64,000 nt of DNA, taken from NCBI RefSeq assembly GCF_006345805.1, contig NC_042999.1, positions 99,138,001 through 99,202,000 of the forward strand. The letters are read 5' to 3'. Below, one piece after another: positions 25,271 to 38,593 of the stretch. This DNA comes from Octopus sinensis (Eukaryota). Under the pieces are notes generated by a model, which made no database searches, had not been told where the DNA came from, and saw only the letters and a list, made by a program, of their open reading frames with translations. The translations under genes and the position numbers were made by a program. The stretch's first letter is position 1. Each line of letters opens with the position of its first letter.

Positions 25271-25692
25271 TATATATATATACATACATAGGCTGATGCC
25301 AGCGCCGCCGGCCGATGCCAACGCCGCCGGCCGATGCCAGCACCTCCTGGCTGATGCCAGCGCCGCCTCAACTGGCTTCTGTGCCGGTGGCACATAAAAA
25401 GCACCATCCGAACGTGGCCGATGCCAGTGCCGCCTTGGCTGGCTTCCGTGCCGGTGGCACGTTAAAAGCACCAACTGATTGTGGCCGATGCCAGACTCCC
25501 CTGGCACGTAAAAAGCACCCACTACACTCGCAGAGTGGTTGGTGTTAGGAAGGGCATCCAGCTGTAGGAACACTGCCAGATCAGACTGGAGCCTGATGCA
25601 GCCCCTGGCTTCCCAGACCCCGGTTGAACCGTCCAACCCATGCTAGCGCGGAAAATGGACGTTAAACGATGATGATGATTAAACGATGATGA
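25271..25692 (+). mobile_element. RTE-3'-end-derived short retroposon with an amplified ~18-bp GC-rich unit
   Basis: ggc(c/t)gatgcca(g/a)cgccgcc-like unit four times, two ~65-bp units, conserved RTE 3' end, (gat)n tail. Confidence 0.85.
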
Positions 25693-26955
25693 TATACACA
25701 CACACACATATGTATATATGTGTGCATGCGCATGTGTGTGTGCACATGTGCAGACACATGTATATTTAACTGAACAAGCTTATATATATGTCGATAATTT
25801 TGGTAACTTCATCTCTCCATACAATGGCAGTTGTCACCTGTTTACATTGTTGCTGCAATGTTTGGCTTTCTCCTAAATTGATCTGAATTCATCGCATATT
25901 TGATAACTAATATAGAAGAAACAATATCTGTACCATTTAGCACTTTGAGTATCATCTGAAGAATTGATAAACATGTTTTTCCTTTGTCAGTTTTTAATAA
26001 CAGACATATTATGACTCTGGTGTTACATTTGCCCTTGAATTTAGAGTTTTATTTTGTCTTAAATTATTATCTTTATTATTGATTTCTACCGTTTCAATTT
26101 CCATTTTTATATTCTCTCCAGCAGTTATTTCTTGTCCTTCATTAAGTCTATTCTTTGGTTACATTTTCTATAATTAAGCTACTCTTTTTCATTTTCATGT
26201 TTGTGTGTTGACTTAATTTGCATTTGCTTTCATTATTCTCATGCTTTTTTCTACCCTTATTTCTCCTTTGTGCTTTAACTATTATTTATTTTGGGCAGTT
26301 TTCTATTTTTCCTATATTTATCTCAATGGAGTGTTTTTCTATTCTCTTATCAATTGTTACCATTGTTGCTATAAAAAGAAATTCTGTCAGATATTTTAAA
26401 AGATATTTTTATTGTTCTGTGTAATTTCAAGAAGATGAAATAATTTATTTTTCAATTGTTTCTTGAAATATTTTTATAGTCTCCAGTTGATGGGGACACC
26501 TTTCTTTCTGTGGTAGTTTTCAGGAATATGTAATTTCAACCTGTTAAATTCTTTCTAAATTCTAAGATACCGGGATGCCAAACTTACTTCCTTAACCTAT
26601 AATAGAATGCCAAGCCCACACCACTAATTCTAAGCCAAATGAAAGTATAAACTTGTTCCAAGAAATTGTAAAACTACTTCATCTATTTTGATATATTAAG
26701 AACTCAAAATAAACAATTCAAATTTGCCTGCAGGCCATTTTTTTTTCCTTGATAATAATTCATGACAAACCAAATGTATTTATGTTAGACTGATCTCTGC
26801 TCTTCACACTACCTCTCTCAAATTACATCACATATTCTAAAACTAAATAGCAACTAATTTTATCTTGAACCAATCAAGTTCTATTGGAGTTTTCATATTT
26901 TCTTTCATATTTTCTTTTTCTTTTCTTTTCTTTTCTCTTTTACTGTTATTGCTAG

Positions 26956-26961
26956 TTTAGT
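26956..26961 (+). CDS. Candidate 6-nt microexon (TTT AGT, Phe-Ser)
   Basis: ~50-nt pyrimidine tract (26890-26941), TGC at 26950-26952, AG at 26954-26955, then GTAAGT at 26962-26967. Confidence 0.35.
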
Positions 26962-27022
26962 GTAAGTTTAACTGTTACATTGAATAAAAAAATCATGTAT
27001 TATTTTTGGTTCAATATTGCAG

Positions 27023-27043
27023 ATATCAGGCTCCATGCACTGA
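27023..27043 (+). CDS. Candidate terminal coding exon (phase 0: ISGSMH*)
   Basis: Acceptor tatttttggttcaatattgcag|, followed by ~4 kb of repeat-poor AT-rich sequence. Frame depends on upstream exons. Confidence 0.3.
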   Translation: MSGSMH

Positions 27044-28813
27044 TGGAGTAAACAAAATGAATAACTTGCTTTGTTTAAAGGACAAATTTGAATGAATGAG
27101 TCTGACACAACAAATTTACCTCCAAATCTCTCAGCTAGTATAATTATCATTCTTACTGTATCATGAATATATGTAGCAGTCATAATTATAGAAGTCTCCA
27201 AATTATACAATCTGAATTAAAATCTGTGGCTTCTTGTAGCTGTATCTTTAATAGATAAGTTATTTACAATTCCAGGTATGGAGTTTTGGTAGGTTTTATT
27301 TTTTGTTTACAGTTCACATGCAATCTTATCATGAAATAATCAAATGAGTGCAGTTTGTTGTATAACTTTCTAATTCATTTTACTAATAAGTTTATGACAA
27401 AAAGATAATCATCATTAGCATACTTGCCTAATATAGTTCCTGATATGTTTCTCTGTTTCTATTGTAGCATTCTATCAAAAGGAATGTTATGTTCACCAGA
27501 CAACACTTTTTATGATAACTAAACAATACTGGACAAATACATTTACAGTTATCATGGCTTCCACAAATAATTGCTTCAAATTTTGGCACAAGGTAATCAA
27601 CATTTTAGTGGGTAGTAGTTATTCAATTACATCCACTACAGTATTTGAATTGAGAACATAAAGAGCTGTAAGAAATGTTACTAAGCATTTTGCCAGATGT
27701 ACCAGCAATTCTGCTGATTTGCTACCTTATAGCTTTCTTATATAATGGCAATTGAAGCTGTATAATAGGGTAAAACCCCAAATGCAGAAAACTTTGTTTC
27801 TTAAAATCAAACCGCTTTTGGGGTGGTACAGTTTACATGTAAACCTTTAATTTTGATACTAGTACTGCTGTCATGTAATCTAAATTAGTTTTGCAACAAA
27901 TCTCACTCTATTATTGCTCTATTATTTATTCTAAAATGATGATGTTTAAAAGGTGACCAAATTTAGATTTCAGTATAAAACTTTTAAACTAAATTTAAAC
28001 AATTCACCATCCATCTTTTTTATAACTTTATTAGAGTTGTGCTTTCACAAGTGTACTGTATCATTGTTACATTTATGCCATGGCTGTAGTTATTCATTAT
28101 GTATGACATTCAGCATCTACTTTATTACCAATTAGCAAACTAACTTTACTAGCCCCCTTACATTAAAATATACTAACTTGCTTTGCATTGCAACTATTCC
28201 ATTACTTTATCATAAATTTTTATCTGCAACACTTTTCTCCACCGAGAAAAATAGTTGTCAAACAAAAAGATAATCTTTGTTTTCTTTATATGTAGCTTGT
28301 TGACAAACATAAATAGAAAACAAATTTGTTGTTATTTTCATATTGCATAGCAAATACAACCAGATTTTTAGTAATATGTGATTTTTAACTGCTAAACTGT
28401 ACAGTTGTTACTCCTCCTTCTCAACTGACATTAAGCATTAATTTATACAATTTACTCATTTATCTATAAGACAGATGATTAAATGTATTTTTTCTTCTAA
28501 TTCTCAACCTCATGAAGGCTGTGCTTATATTTTTGGATGGAATTTGGAAAAGTTATATTTCATTTGAATGTCTGCATGGACATAATTTAACAGGAAAAAA
28601 ATGTTGACCTTTTCTGTTTTTGTAGAACTGATCTTGTCAGATTTGACTGGATGAATTGTCATAAATTTAGCTGTTTAAATATTTGGGATAATCCCATATT
28701 ACCATAGCCGCAAAAGTGATATATGTCAGCCTGGTTTGGCTTCATGTCTCATGTTTCGTGATCTTCTTATATTGAGCTATACAAGATTTTGTCCCAAAAT
28801 AAATATGGTAAAT

Positions 28814-29037
28814 TTCACCTTTTAGCATTCAGATTACTCTATCAAATATAATATTTATTCCCATTGTTTTAAATTAATTATGTACTATTTTGTTGCTTCA
28901 ACATTTCAATGATGTAATTGTTTATTTTTAGAATGATATCAAAGAATTGGTGAGAAAGGTCAGGTCTGGTCATTTAGAACATAAAACTGGTGGAATATTT
29001 GAGTCAGATATGGCTAATTTGATTGCTAAAGGGTTAC
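28814..29037. mobile_element. piggyBac-like MITE, second copy
   Basis: ttca|CCTTTTAGCATTC...TTGCTAAAGGG|ttac; reverse complement resembles 1623-1850. Confidence 0.6.
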
Positions 29038-29379
29038 ATTAGTCTGTGTTGCTGGGATGAATTTGTATGCTGAACCTATGTATATCTCTAATAATAAGAG
29101 ATTAAGATTATAAGCTAAAAGAATAATAAAGCTATTTAAAACTAAGCATTCATTAATAGAAGTTTCTTTTGAATATGATATCACATAATATTATTGTTGT
29201 TTATCATTTGTAAATATGACAAAGTAACTGATGTTATACATAACAACAAACTTCAAATATAAGACAAACTATAATATATTTTTAAACTATGTATACCTTT
29301 AAATTTGAGACTTCTTTTGTCAACTTCATGGAAATTAAAATATTCTTATATGACTTCTGAATCAGTGCTCTCTTCACTC

Positions 29380-29640
29380 CTAACCACCTTCTCCCTTCCC
29401 CCTCTCCCTTCATCGTCACCCCTCCCTCGTAACCCACCCCACACTCTCCAACCCCACCTTCCCTAGCCACTACACATTCTTTATTTTCTCTCCCTGTTTC
29501 TTTCTGCGTTCCTTTCTATGGAAGAATGTAGGCTTGAAACGATAAAGGCTTTTCACTTCCCGAGCATTAAACTAATACATCTGTTTGTTGTCTACAACAC
29601 CTGTCTTCGTCTTTTGTTTTTTTTTTGTGAATTCTCCCCC
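29380..29640 (+). mobile_element. PLE 3' end (family B) with decayed hammerhead at 29511-29548
   Basis: CCTTT-CTATGGA-AGAAT-GTAG-GCTT-GAAA-CG-AT-AAAGG preceded by a C-rich tract; homologous to 16060-16250 (-). Confidence 0.6.
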
Positions 29641-31429
29641 TGTAATTAATTAAGTCTTTAAGTTTATTATTTAGATTATATCTTTTTGTTATAATACTAC
29701 AAATACAATATAGTAACTTCTTCACTTTTTACCTAGAAAATAATCATATTTCCTTAAATGTACTCACTAAAAAGTTAATTATATTCTCTTTTGATCCTTT
29801 CTAAATCAAAAGGATCTATGATTGTGTTGAATTTTGATTACTGTAGGGTTAAGCAAATCAGCAGCATCCCTGAAAAATTATGCTAATTTATCATGGGTAC
29901 CATTATGGCTCACTTCCAGTATTCCTATACCAATTAATTGCTCATTAATTTTTAAAAGTTTTTTTACCTGTCAATGTACAGTACTAGTTACAAAGTATAA
30001 CTTTTGAACCTTCTATTGGTTATTTGGTACCCTATCAAATTTGCTGTCAGTAGTTGATCCTTTGAAATATTTTTTATACCCACCTACATGAAACCACCCT
30101 TACTATATCATTCAAAGCTCCTCATTTTAAAGTGATTATATTTCAACTAACAGCTACTATAATTTAAAGTAAAAATGCCATCTTAGTAATAGAAACGTTA
30201 CCCCACCTCTAAATTTTTGGTTATTTTCAAAATTAGTTGAACAGTGTGTTTGATTAGAAATGTGATCATGAAGGTATTAAATTCAGTAGTTATCAGTAAT
30301 CTACTCCTGTAGAAGAGTGGAGTCAAAACAGAGAATAGAGAGCTACTCTGAATGCATTGCCATCTTTCTTTCCACACCTCTCTGTTCAGTCTCAATATTC
30401 ACTTTACTTCCACCTCTTCATCATCAATCAATGTTAATAGAATATATATATGAATATTATAATGGGTTTTATTCAATGAACTATATCTCTCCTACACAAA
30501 CATTGATATTGTACTTAAGCCTTAATGAAAAGGTATCATAATTTTACCTTTGATTTATCTGTAGTAGATTTACGTCAGTTCTTTATCTATATAATGGCTA
30601 AATGTTTCTATGCCAGTTTACAAATTTTGAAATATTCTATAGTAAATTTGATCAAACTACATGAGAAAATTTTGGATATATTTTTTTTAATTTGTGATTC
30701 ATAGAAAAGCAGTGAAATGAAGATCATGTACTATGTTTTCAGTACTAGATTTCAACATTTTTTGAAGGAAGTAGATTTTGTTGGTTTATTTTTTTCCTTT
30801 TATTTATTTTTTTTTCATTCTCATGTACTTTTTGTCATTAAATCCCAATATTTAACCACCAGGATGATTGTTCTGTGAGTGAATGTACATTCTGTTTGTT
30901 TGATATCTTACTAAAGCAACAGTTGTTTCTTTTGATGTTATTTTAAGGAGGGAAGGGTGATTTGTTGTTGTTAACTGAACTGTTCCTTTTCCTTTGAAGA
31001 ACATTTCACATCAAAGCAACAAATCTTTTGTAGATTTACTTTAAATATTTATTATCTTTCTCTGTTTAAATTTTTACTTTTTATTTCTATTTCAAAACAT
31101 GTTTATACTATAAACCTGGGACCTATTGAACTTAGCCAGGTTTCCAATATGTCCACAGCACATTAATGTGCATATATGTTTCTTTCTGTGGTAGATTCTA
31201 TTTACAGTAAATTCTTGTTAAACCATACTAATAGTGGTAAGATTCTCTAGTTCAGCTGATTTTCAGAATTAAGTGATAGCAGATTTAATACTGGATCTCT
31301 CTCTCTCTTTTTCTCTCTCTCTCTCTATGTATATATATATATATGTATGTATATATATATGTATATATATACAGACACACACACATGCGTGCACACACAC
31401 ACAGGTGAGCACATAAGTGCAAAACAAGG

Positions 31430-31615
31430 TAGAAAAATAGTACTTGAACACCAAAGGTAGAGTAATATACTTTTTATTAAAGCTGCAAAATTATCACAGA
31501 ACTGTTACTCAGAGTTTCACATTCCCGTTCATCTGACAGTTGTTGTCTAATGAATGGAAACATGAAACTCTGAGTTACAGTCCTGTGATAGTTTTGCAGC
31601 TTTAATGAAAAAGTG
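31430..31615. repeat. Palindromic PLE-end element (family C), ~70-bp arms, a hammerhead motif in each arm
   Basis: Minus 31502-31539: CUGU-CAGAUGA-ACG-GGAA-UGU-GAAA-CUCUGAG-UA-ACAG. Plus 31543-31580: UUGU-CUAAUGA-AUG-GAAA-CAU-GAAA-CUCUGAG-UU-ACAG. Confidence 0.8.
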
Positions 31616-31697
31616 TATATATATATATATATATACTGTTTTTCATTAAAGCTGCAAAGCTATCGCAGGACTGTGATACACACACACACACATATAT

Positions 31698-32270
31698 CCT
31701 CATCATCATCATTTAACGTCTGTTGTCCATGCTGTCATGGGGTGGATGGTTTAACTGGGCCAGCATGCTGGAAGGATGCACCAGACTCCAGTCTGATTTG
31801 GCATAGTTTTCTGTGGCTGGAAGCCCTTCCTAATGCCAACCACTCCAAGAGTGTAATGGATGCTTTTACATGCCACAGGTATGGGTGCCATTTGCATGAC
31901 ACCGGGGTGCATTTATGTGCCACCAGCAAGGGTGCCAGTTTGTGTCACGCTAATGTCTGCCATGACTGCAATTTTGCTCGGCTTGATGGTTCTTATTCTC
32001 AAGCACGACATAATGCCAAAGGTCTTGGTCATTGCCTCTGTGAGGCCCAACACAAAAGGAACTCAGCCACTTTGTTTCAGTGAAGCTCAATGCTTGAGAG
32101 CAACTCAGCCACTTTGCCTCTGTGAGGTCTAACACTCAAAAGGAACTTGGCCATTTTGCCTCCTTGAAGTCCAACGCTCACTAGGAACTCAGCCATTTTG
32201 CCTCCGTGAGGCCCAATGTTTAAAAGATGTTCTTTACATGCCACCAGCATGGGTGCACTTGGCATGACAG
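31698..32270 (-). mobile_element. RTE-3'-end-derived retroposon variant with a ~43-bp minisatellite (32034-32220)
   Basis: (atc)n plus diverged RTE 3' end; ctgtgaggcccaacac...aggaactcagccactttgcc repeated about four times. Confidence 0.7.
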
Positions 32271-32617
32271 GTCCTATATAATATTGTATTGAAAATATAA
32301 TTATTTATAGAAATAATAATTACTTCTAACGTGGTATACTACCAGCATAATAAAGAGTGTCATGACAGAAAAATACTCTAAAGATCACATGACTATATAA
32401 GGTATAAAGATTTGTTTTCGGAGTTGTTTTTCTCTAGCAAGTGATTTGATCTGAAACTGTGTGTTAAAACTGAAGAAACTATATCATGTAGGAGTCACTT
32501 AATAACATATAATACTGTTAAATTTAAGGAGAATTTAACAGCTTTGTATATTAGTAAATGGCTCTTCTACAATATCGTAGCTGTAATTTAAATTTTCTAA
32601 AATTTATTTAACACTGT

Positions 32618-32916
32618 GACACGTGACCGACCAGACCATCAGATGTTGTTACACATCGCTGGTCACAATGCGTTCGCATTGTTTTAGCCTTCGAATGACG
32701 CCACCCCGCTGGCTAAGCGAGTAGGCCAACAGAAGAAAGAGTGGGAGAAAGAGTGGTGAAAGAGTACAGCAGGGATCACTACCCCCTGCCGGAGCCTCGT
32801 TGGGCTTTTAGGTGTTTTCGCTCAATAAACACACACAACGCCCGGTCTGGGAATCGAAACCGCGATCCTGCGACCGCGAGTCCGCTGCCCTAACCACTAG
32901 GCCATTGCGCCTCCAC
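32618..32916 (-). mobile_element. Young full-length tRNA-derived SINE with 11-bp target-site duplication
   Basis: Minus-strand head ggaggcgcaatggcctagtggttaggg...ggtttcgattccc; CpG-rich; TTTAACACTGT at both 32607-32617 and 32917-32927. Confidence 0.92.
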
Positions 32917-32986
32917 TTTAACACTGTACCATATGTAAAATTATAGCGTTAATGTTATAAATGAATTTTATTATATGAAGAGAAAA

Positions 32987-33185
32987 AAGGCGGCAAGCTG
33001 GCAGAAACCTTAGCACACTGGACAAAATGCTTAGCAGTATTTTGCCCATTGCTACGCTCTGAGTTCAAATTCAGTCGAGGTTGACTTTGCTCTTCATCCT
33101 TTTGGGGTCGATAAATTAAGTACCAGTCAGGTAATGGGGTTGATGGGATTGTCTTTCCCCTCCCCACCAAAAATTCAGGATTATA
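32987..33185 (+). mobile_element. tRNA-derived SINE with ggttgactttgctcttcatcctttggggtcgataaattaagtacc central domain
   Basis: Head aaggcggcaagctggcagaaaccttagca...gagttcaaattc; many copies in the window. Confidence 0.8.
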
Positions 33186-33546
33186 TGAAGATAATAAACT
33201 TGATGTAGTAGAGTGAGGGGAACAGTGGTAGATGTAATGATAACTTGCCATTATGGGTTAATAGAGCTAAGAATATATTGGTCATTGTCTTTCACTCACA
33301 GAAGTTTGAAGTGAGAAAGAAGGGAGTGAATCAACATTAGAGTGGGTCATCAATATTATCGATATTTACCAGCTGCAGTAGGGTTAAGAAGAAATTGGCT
33401 TGAAAAATGAGTTAAGAGTCAGTTATTTATATGCAAATGTTGATTTTGGATAATGAGTTCCCTTAAGGCTCTAAGGTGATAATATTGCTAAACATTTTTG
33501 TTGACGAGTCAATGTATGAAATGATGTTATCAAAAAATTCTCATAC

Positions 33547-33960
33547 GCAGGAGTGGCTGTGTGGTAAGTAGCTTGTTAACCAACCACATGGTTCCGGGTT
33601 CAGTCCCACTGCGTGGCATCTTGGGCAAGTGTCTTCTGCTATAGCCCCGGGCCGACCAATGCCTTGTGAGTGGATTTGGTAGACGGAAACTGAAAGAAGC
33701 CTGTCGTATATATGTATATATATATATCTGTGTGTGCGTATGTCTGTGTTTGACCCCCTAGCATTGCTTGACAACCGATGCTGGTGTGTTTACGTCCCTG
33801 TCACTTAGCGGTTCGGCAAAAGAGACCGATAGAATAAGTACTGGGCTTACAAAGAATAAGTCCCGGGATCGATTTGCTCGACTAAAGGCGGTGCTCCAGC
33901 ATGGCCGCAGTCAAATGACTGAAACAAGTAAAAGAAAAAGAAAGAAAAGAAAAAAGAAAA
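33547..33960 (+). mobile_element. tRNA-derived SINE with an internal microsatellite and A-rich tail
   Basis: gcaggagtggctgtgtggtaag...gggttcagtccc head, ttgggcaagtgtctt domain, (TA/TG)n insert, tail ...gactgaaacaagtaaaaga. Partial copies near 14140-14340, 42540-42710, 48490-48610 and 51530-51730. Confidence 0.85.
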
Positions 33961-36900
33961 TACAAGAAAGAGTTCAGGTTTCTCAAGCAACAGCTTGTTA
34001 TCATCATCCTCAATGTCCATGTTATTAACAATGAAAACTTCATCCGCTATTTCTTGGTGTCTATCGGCATTCTCTGTGTCTTCTAAACAAGTTCTGATGC
34101 CATCTTCTGTGATGTCTGTTTTATCTATATTCTATTACAACATTTTACAGAATTTTGTTTCCATATTTCTTATTTTCCTTTTCTTTTTGTCAAGCAATAT
34201 CTTCAGTGGTAATTTATGTTACTTCTTGTAAAGCTTGAGGCTGTAGTTCTTGATGTAACTAAGAGTTCTTTGTCATTGTGTGTCATTCTTTATCACAATA
34301 AGAAATTATTTCAAATATCAGTATTGTACAGTTATATCTTTATCAGTTGGATAGATCATTGAGGTTACATTGAAGAGCAAGATTATGCATCCTATTTTAC
34401 CATCATTACTGACAAGTTGGTGTACACCTGGATGAACATGTGTGGTATCCAACATTTGTAGCATTTTCATCTCTCCAGTAGAAATTCTAGGAAGGAAATG
34501 TTAGAAAAAAGTAGTTATTGAAAATATTTATATAGAACCACGGTTTCTTTGAATGGTAGTAATGCACTAGTAGCTGGTGAATTATATGTTTCAAAGTTTG
34601 TGAACTTTTTAACCTTTGCACCAGAGTCATCTTAACACTATTATTATATCAGGCAAAGCAATACATTGGGGCCCCTATCAAAATAACCACAGCATTCATG
34701 GGTTAGCATTGGATCTTTAAACTCATGGGGCTTTCAGTCAATGCTCATGCATTCAGGCAGTTCTGTTTCATACTCTTCTGCACATCACAAGACTGAAAAC
34801 ATTCGTATATAACTTGAAACCAAGTGTTTACAATTTATGCTTTAGCAACAATGTGTTTTAAGTTAAAGACAACCATTTCAACCCAGTTTCATTCTCATTG
34901 AAGCACTTAAGAAATTAGGAACTCTGTTCACTTCGTTTAAGTAATTTAATTTCTTCATGAATGGCTCAATTATTTTTCATTGGTATTTTGCCTTCTTTGC
35001 CACGGGGGATTGTATTGCTCATTCCTTGGTGATTTCTAAATTCATAGTAAACACAAATCACTAGCTTCGAAATTCTTGATACTCATATCTCTAACTGGTT
35101 TAGTGGGAAAACTTGGAATTTCTATGCCAGGATATTATTACTACAAGCGTTTTTGAGGATAAACCACTTTTTCAAAGCCACCTAAAATTTGCATATCTTT
35201 GAACTTACATACACTCTCTATAGCATGAAATGATGACTGAGAAATTGTATTGACATTATGTGTCAGAAAATGCAATGACCTGTTTCCAATCTTGTGCATA
35301 TCCAAATTGAAGGATGTTTTGACATGTACAAGCAGACATAAACATCCTCTCGGCCCTCTATCCGTCAGTTATATCTATATGTGTGTGTGTGGGGGGGGTA
35401 TGAGTATACTGTTCTTTACACAACCAAGAGCATTTATTTTTCCTTTATATATATATATACATATACAAATGAACACACAAACACACACACATATTTGTAT
35501 GGGAGTTAGGGAAAAAGATTCCATTTTGGGAACATATTTGCTACATAGCCAAAGTAAACTTTGATTTAGGTGAGTTATAACAAATGCCTTCCAGCCATGA
35601 CTATCTCTCTTTTTATACATCAGAGGTTTTATATATCTGTGTAGAAGCTTGACTGTTAGAAGTAGCAGTAAAATCTCCTTTAAATCATAATTTACCATTT
35701 AATACATGTCTTAATAAATTAGATTATTCAATCCTGTATATAAGTATTCTGAAAAAGAAGATAGAATAGTGATGGTTATAATGCCAGTTGGATGATAAAA
35801 TTTCAACACAGGAAAATGTAGTAGTTGATCCAGGTCTATGGATCTGTGAATCACACCTAGTTACTAGACCAACTATCTGCATGACATTGGGTCTGCTCAA
35901 ACAGGGCTTATCTGAAGCTATGCAACAATAATTAACACTAATCACTTGCTTCAATTACATAAATTGATTACTACCATGCTCATTTGGTCAATTACAACTG
36001 TAATATTCTTATCCCTTTGTAATTTTTGATAGATTTTGTCTGCACTGTGTGAAAATGTTCTGTCAAATATTGTGTGCTCACCTGTAATCTGCAGCAAACT
36101 TGTTTGACCTTAATAGTTTTCTCACCTCTCTGCACATAACACTTCATTCCTATCGTGTTCTGCTCAGTCACAGTTCTTAGATATTTTATATAGAGTGTAC
36201 CCAGTATATAGTTCTCCAATACCTCCATGCAATGTGTATTCTATTTTCATTTTTGTACTGTCCAGCACATTTTTCTCACCACTCCATCATATATAATCTA
36301 ACCATATACGCATCTTTCACTTTTTCCCCTTAAATCTTATTACTATGCTCTTGTATTTAATTTTTTCATCAAAATTTCTGTAATGGAGTGTTTTATATTA
36401 TTTATTATGATTTTAGTATATATCTTTTTACTTCTCACTGTTTTGCTATTTACTTGATATATTTTATTTCAAACTGAGATGTTACTAAGTGTTATTATAT
36501 TTACTCACTATGTGCATAATTTTCATATTGCTGAAAATCTTTAAAAGTTTTGTTTTTTTCTGTTTTTTACTATTTTAACTGTTCATTTTAATATTCTTTT
36601 CATATTCAACTAATGTTTGCTCTGCATATATATATGTATATGTGTGTATGTGTGTGAATGTATATCTGCATATTTGTATGTATGTATGCGTAATGTACCT
36701 TGATTTGCTAATTTGCTTCTGTGATTTAGATAGCTCAATTGTTGCATATATTTGATGCTTGAACATTGTTGCACTGTGCAGTAGTTGTTTTGTTCTTCAT
36801 GTATGAAGTGAGTAAATCAACAGAAATTGATGTTTCTAGTAATCTAAAGAAAAATGTAATGCAAAAGATAAAGAAACTGAAGAAAATAAACAAGTATATA

Positions 36901-38088
36901 TATGCATGTGTACACACACACACATAAACCAGCCTGCAAACAAAGCATTATTTCCATGAAAGGGTGTTGCAAGATAATTGGTAACTTGAAACAATTCTGA
37001 ATATATGATGCTTTGAAACATTACTCCAAGGGATTTGTATAGGGGTTATCCTTTATAACTGCTCTCATTATCTGTTGTTGTTATTGAATTAGCTTTGTTT
37101 TCATAAAGCAGTCAAACAAGTCACTATGCAAGTTTCCTCACAAACAGTCATAAAACTTACTGCATCATTTTCAGCATGTGTGTATGTGTGCATATGTGTG
37201 TGGGTGGGTGTATGTATGTATGTATGTATGTATGTATGTCATAATCATTTTTTTATCCACTTCTCACGTTGACATAAGTTGGATGTGTTTTCACAATCCG
37301 AGTAGTTCTAATTCAGAGTTACTGCACTTCTAGATGAGTTGGAGAACTGCGTCTTACTTGTAGATTACATTTCTAGCTTGGTTTCTATGGTTGGATGTTT
37401 TTTTGGTTGCTTCTAAGTGTTGTTCACATATAGCTTTGTACTATAAAACAGAAGGATTTGCACTAAGTTACATTTGTCTTCACTGCAGTTTTTCTTAAAA
37501 ATTATCAGTCCAACAGGTTCTGTAGAATAGAATTCATCACACTATCACATGCAATTAGCCTAATCAGCTTTTCAGTTTCACCGATCGTCAGCATCACAGT
37601 TCAGAGCATGTCATAGTTGAATGCCTTCTTCAGATCTACAAAACTAGTAAATGTATCCAACATGCACAAGTAAATGTGAATCTGGGATTGGTTTGTACAT
37701 GTATATGAAAGCTCACTTTTAGATGACAGGAACAATTTGGTATGATATACATAGGTATGTGTGTGTGTTTGCATATACACTTGCACATACACATATCCAT
37801 ATATATATATATATATATACACAAATACATACATATATATATATATATTACAACAAAAATTTTAATTTGGGACATAGCATTACTAAATGTTTCATATCCA
37901 CAAAGCCAGAGGCTTGTGGACAGCTCATCTAACTCTATACAAAGACAAAATATTTAAACTTTCTACATCACAGACATGTGGATTCGAAACTTTTGGTAAC
38001 ACTATGTCCAAAATTAAAATTTTTATTCTAATATTTACGGCTCTATTCTTTAGAGTGTGCTTCTTTTCTGATATATGTTTTATTGACT

Positions 38089-38124
<36 letters not shown>

Positions 38125-38126
38125 GT

Positions 38127-38212
<86 letters not shown>

Positions 38213-38379
38213 GTACACACACACAGAAGTAATGTTGAAAGTTTTCATAGAAAGTCAGAAGAGAAAGAAGAGTGCTCTATATTGTTAATAGAGCTGAACA
38301 TGATTAATAATTTTGTCTACTAGCACAGTTAGAGGTACCATAGGTTTCAAAGTTCATATTTGTCAACAATTATTTAATG

Positions 38380-38558
38380 CAGTTCTATATTTAAGAGATG
38401 AGGAATTATGTACATTATTTATATTTGACGGATATTTGTCCTCATCTTGTTTGTTGTTAACACTACGCTTTGGCTGATATACCCCCCACCCCAGCTTTCA
38501 TCAGGTGTCTTGGGGAAATTTTGAACCTGGGTTCTCATTCCTAAGGTATTTTTCAATG

Positions 38559-38593
<35 letters not shown>

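Noticed and set aside
28932-29042. Acceptor followed by a 36-codon frame (NDIKELVRKV...GLH*) as the RGS terminal exon
   Set aside because: Lies entirely within the piggyBac-like MITE (28814-29037), whose other copy is at 1623-1850.
32034-32220. CRISPR-like array of ~43-bp units
   Set aside because: Degenerate tandem minisatellite without unique spacers, inside a retroposon in animal DNA; no cas genes.
35992-36228. Minus-strand ORF containing a good donor (CAG|gtgagc at ~36080)
   Set aside because: No recognisable protein motif, no clear acceptor and no partner exons found.
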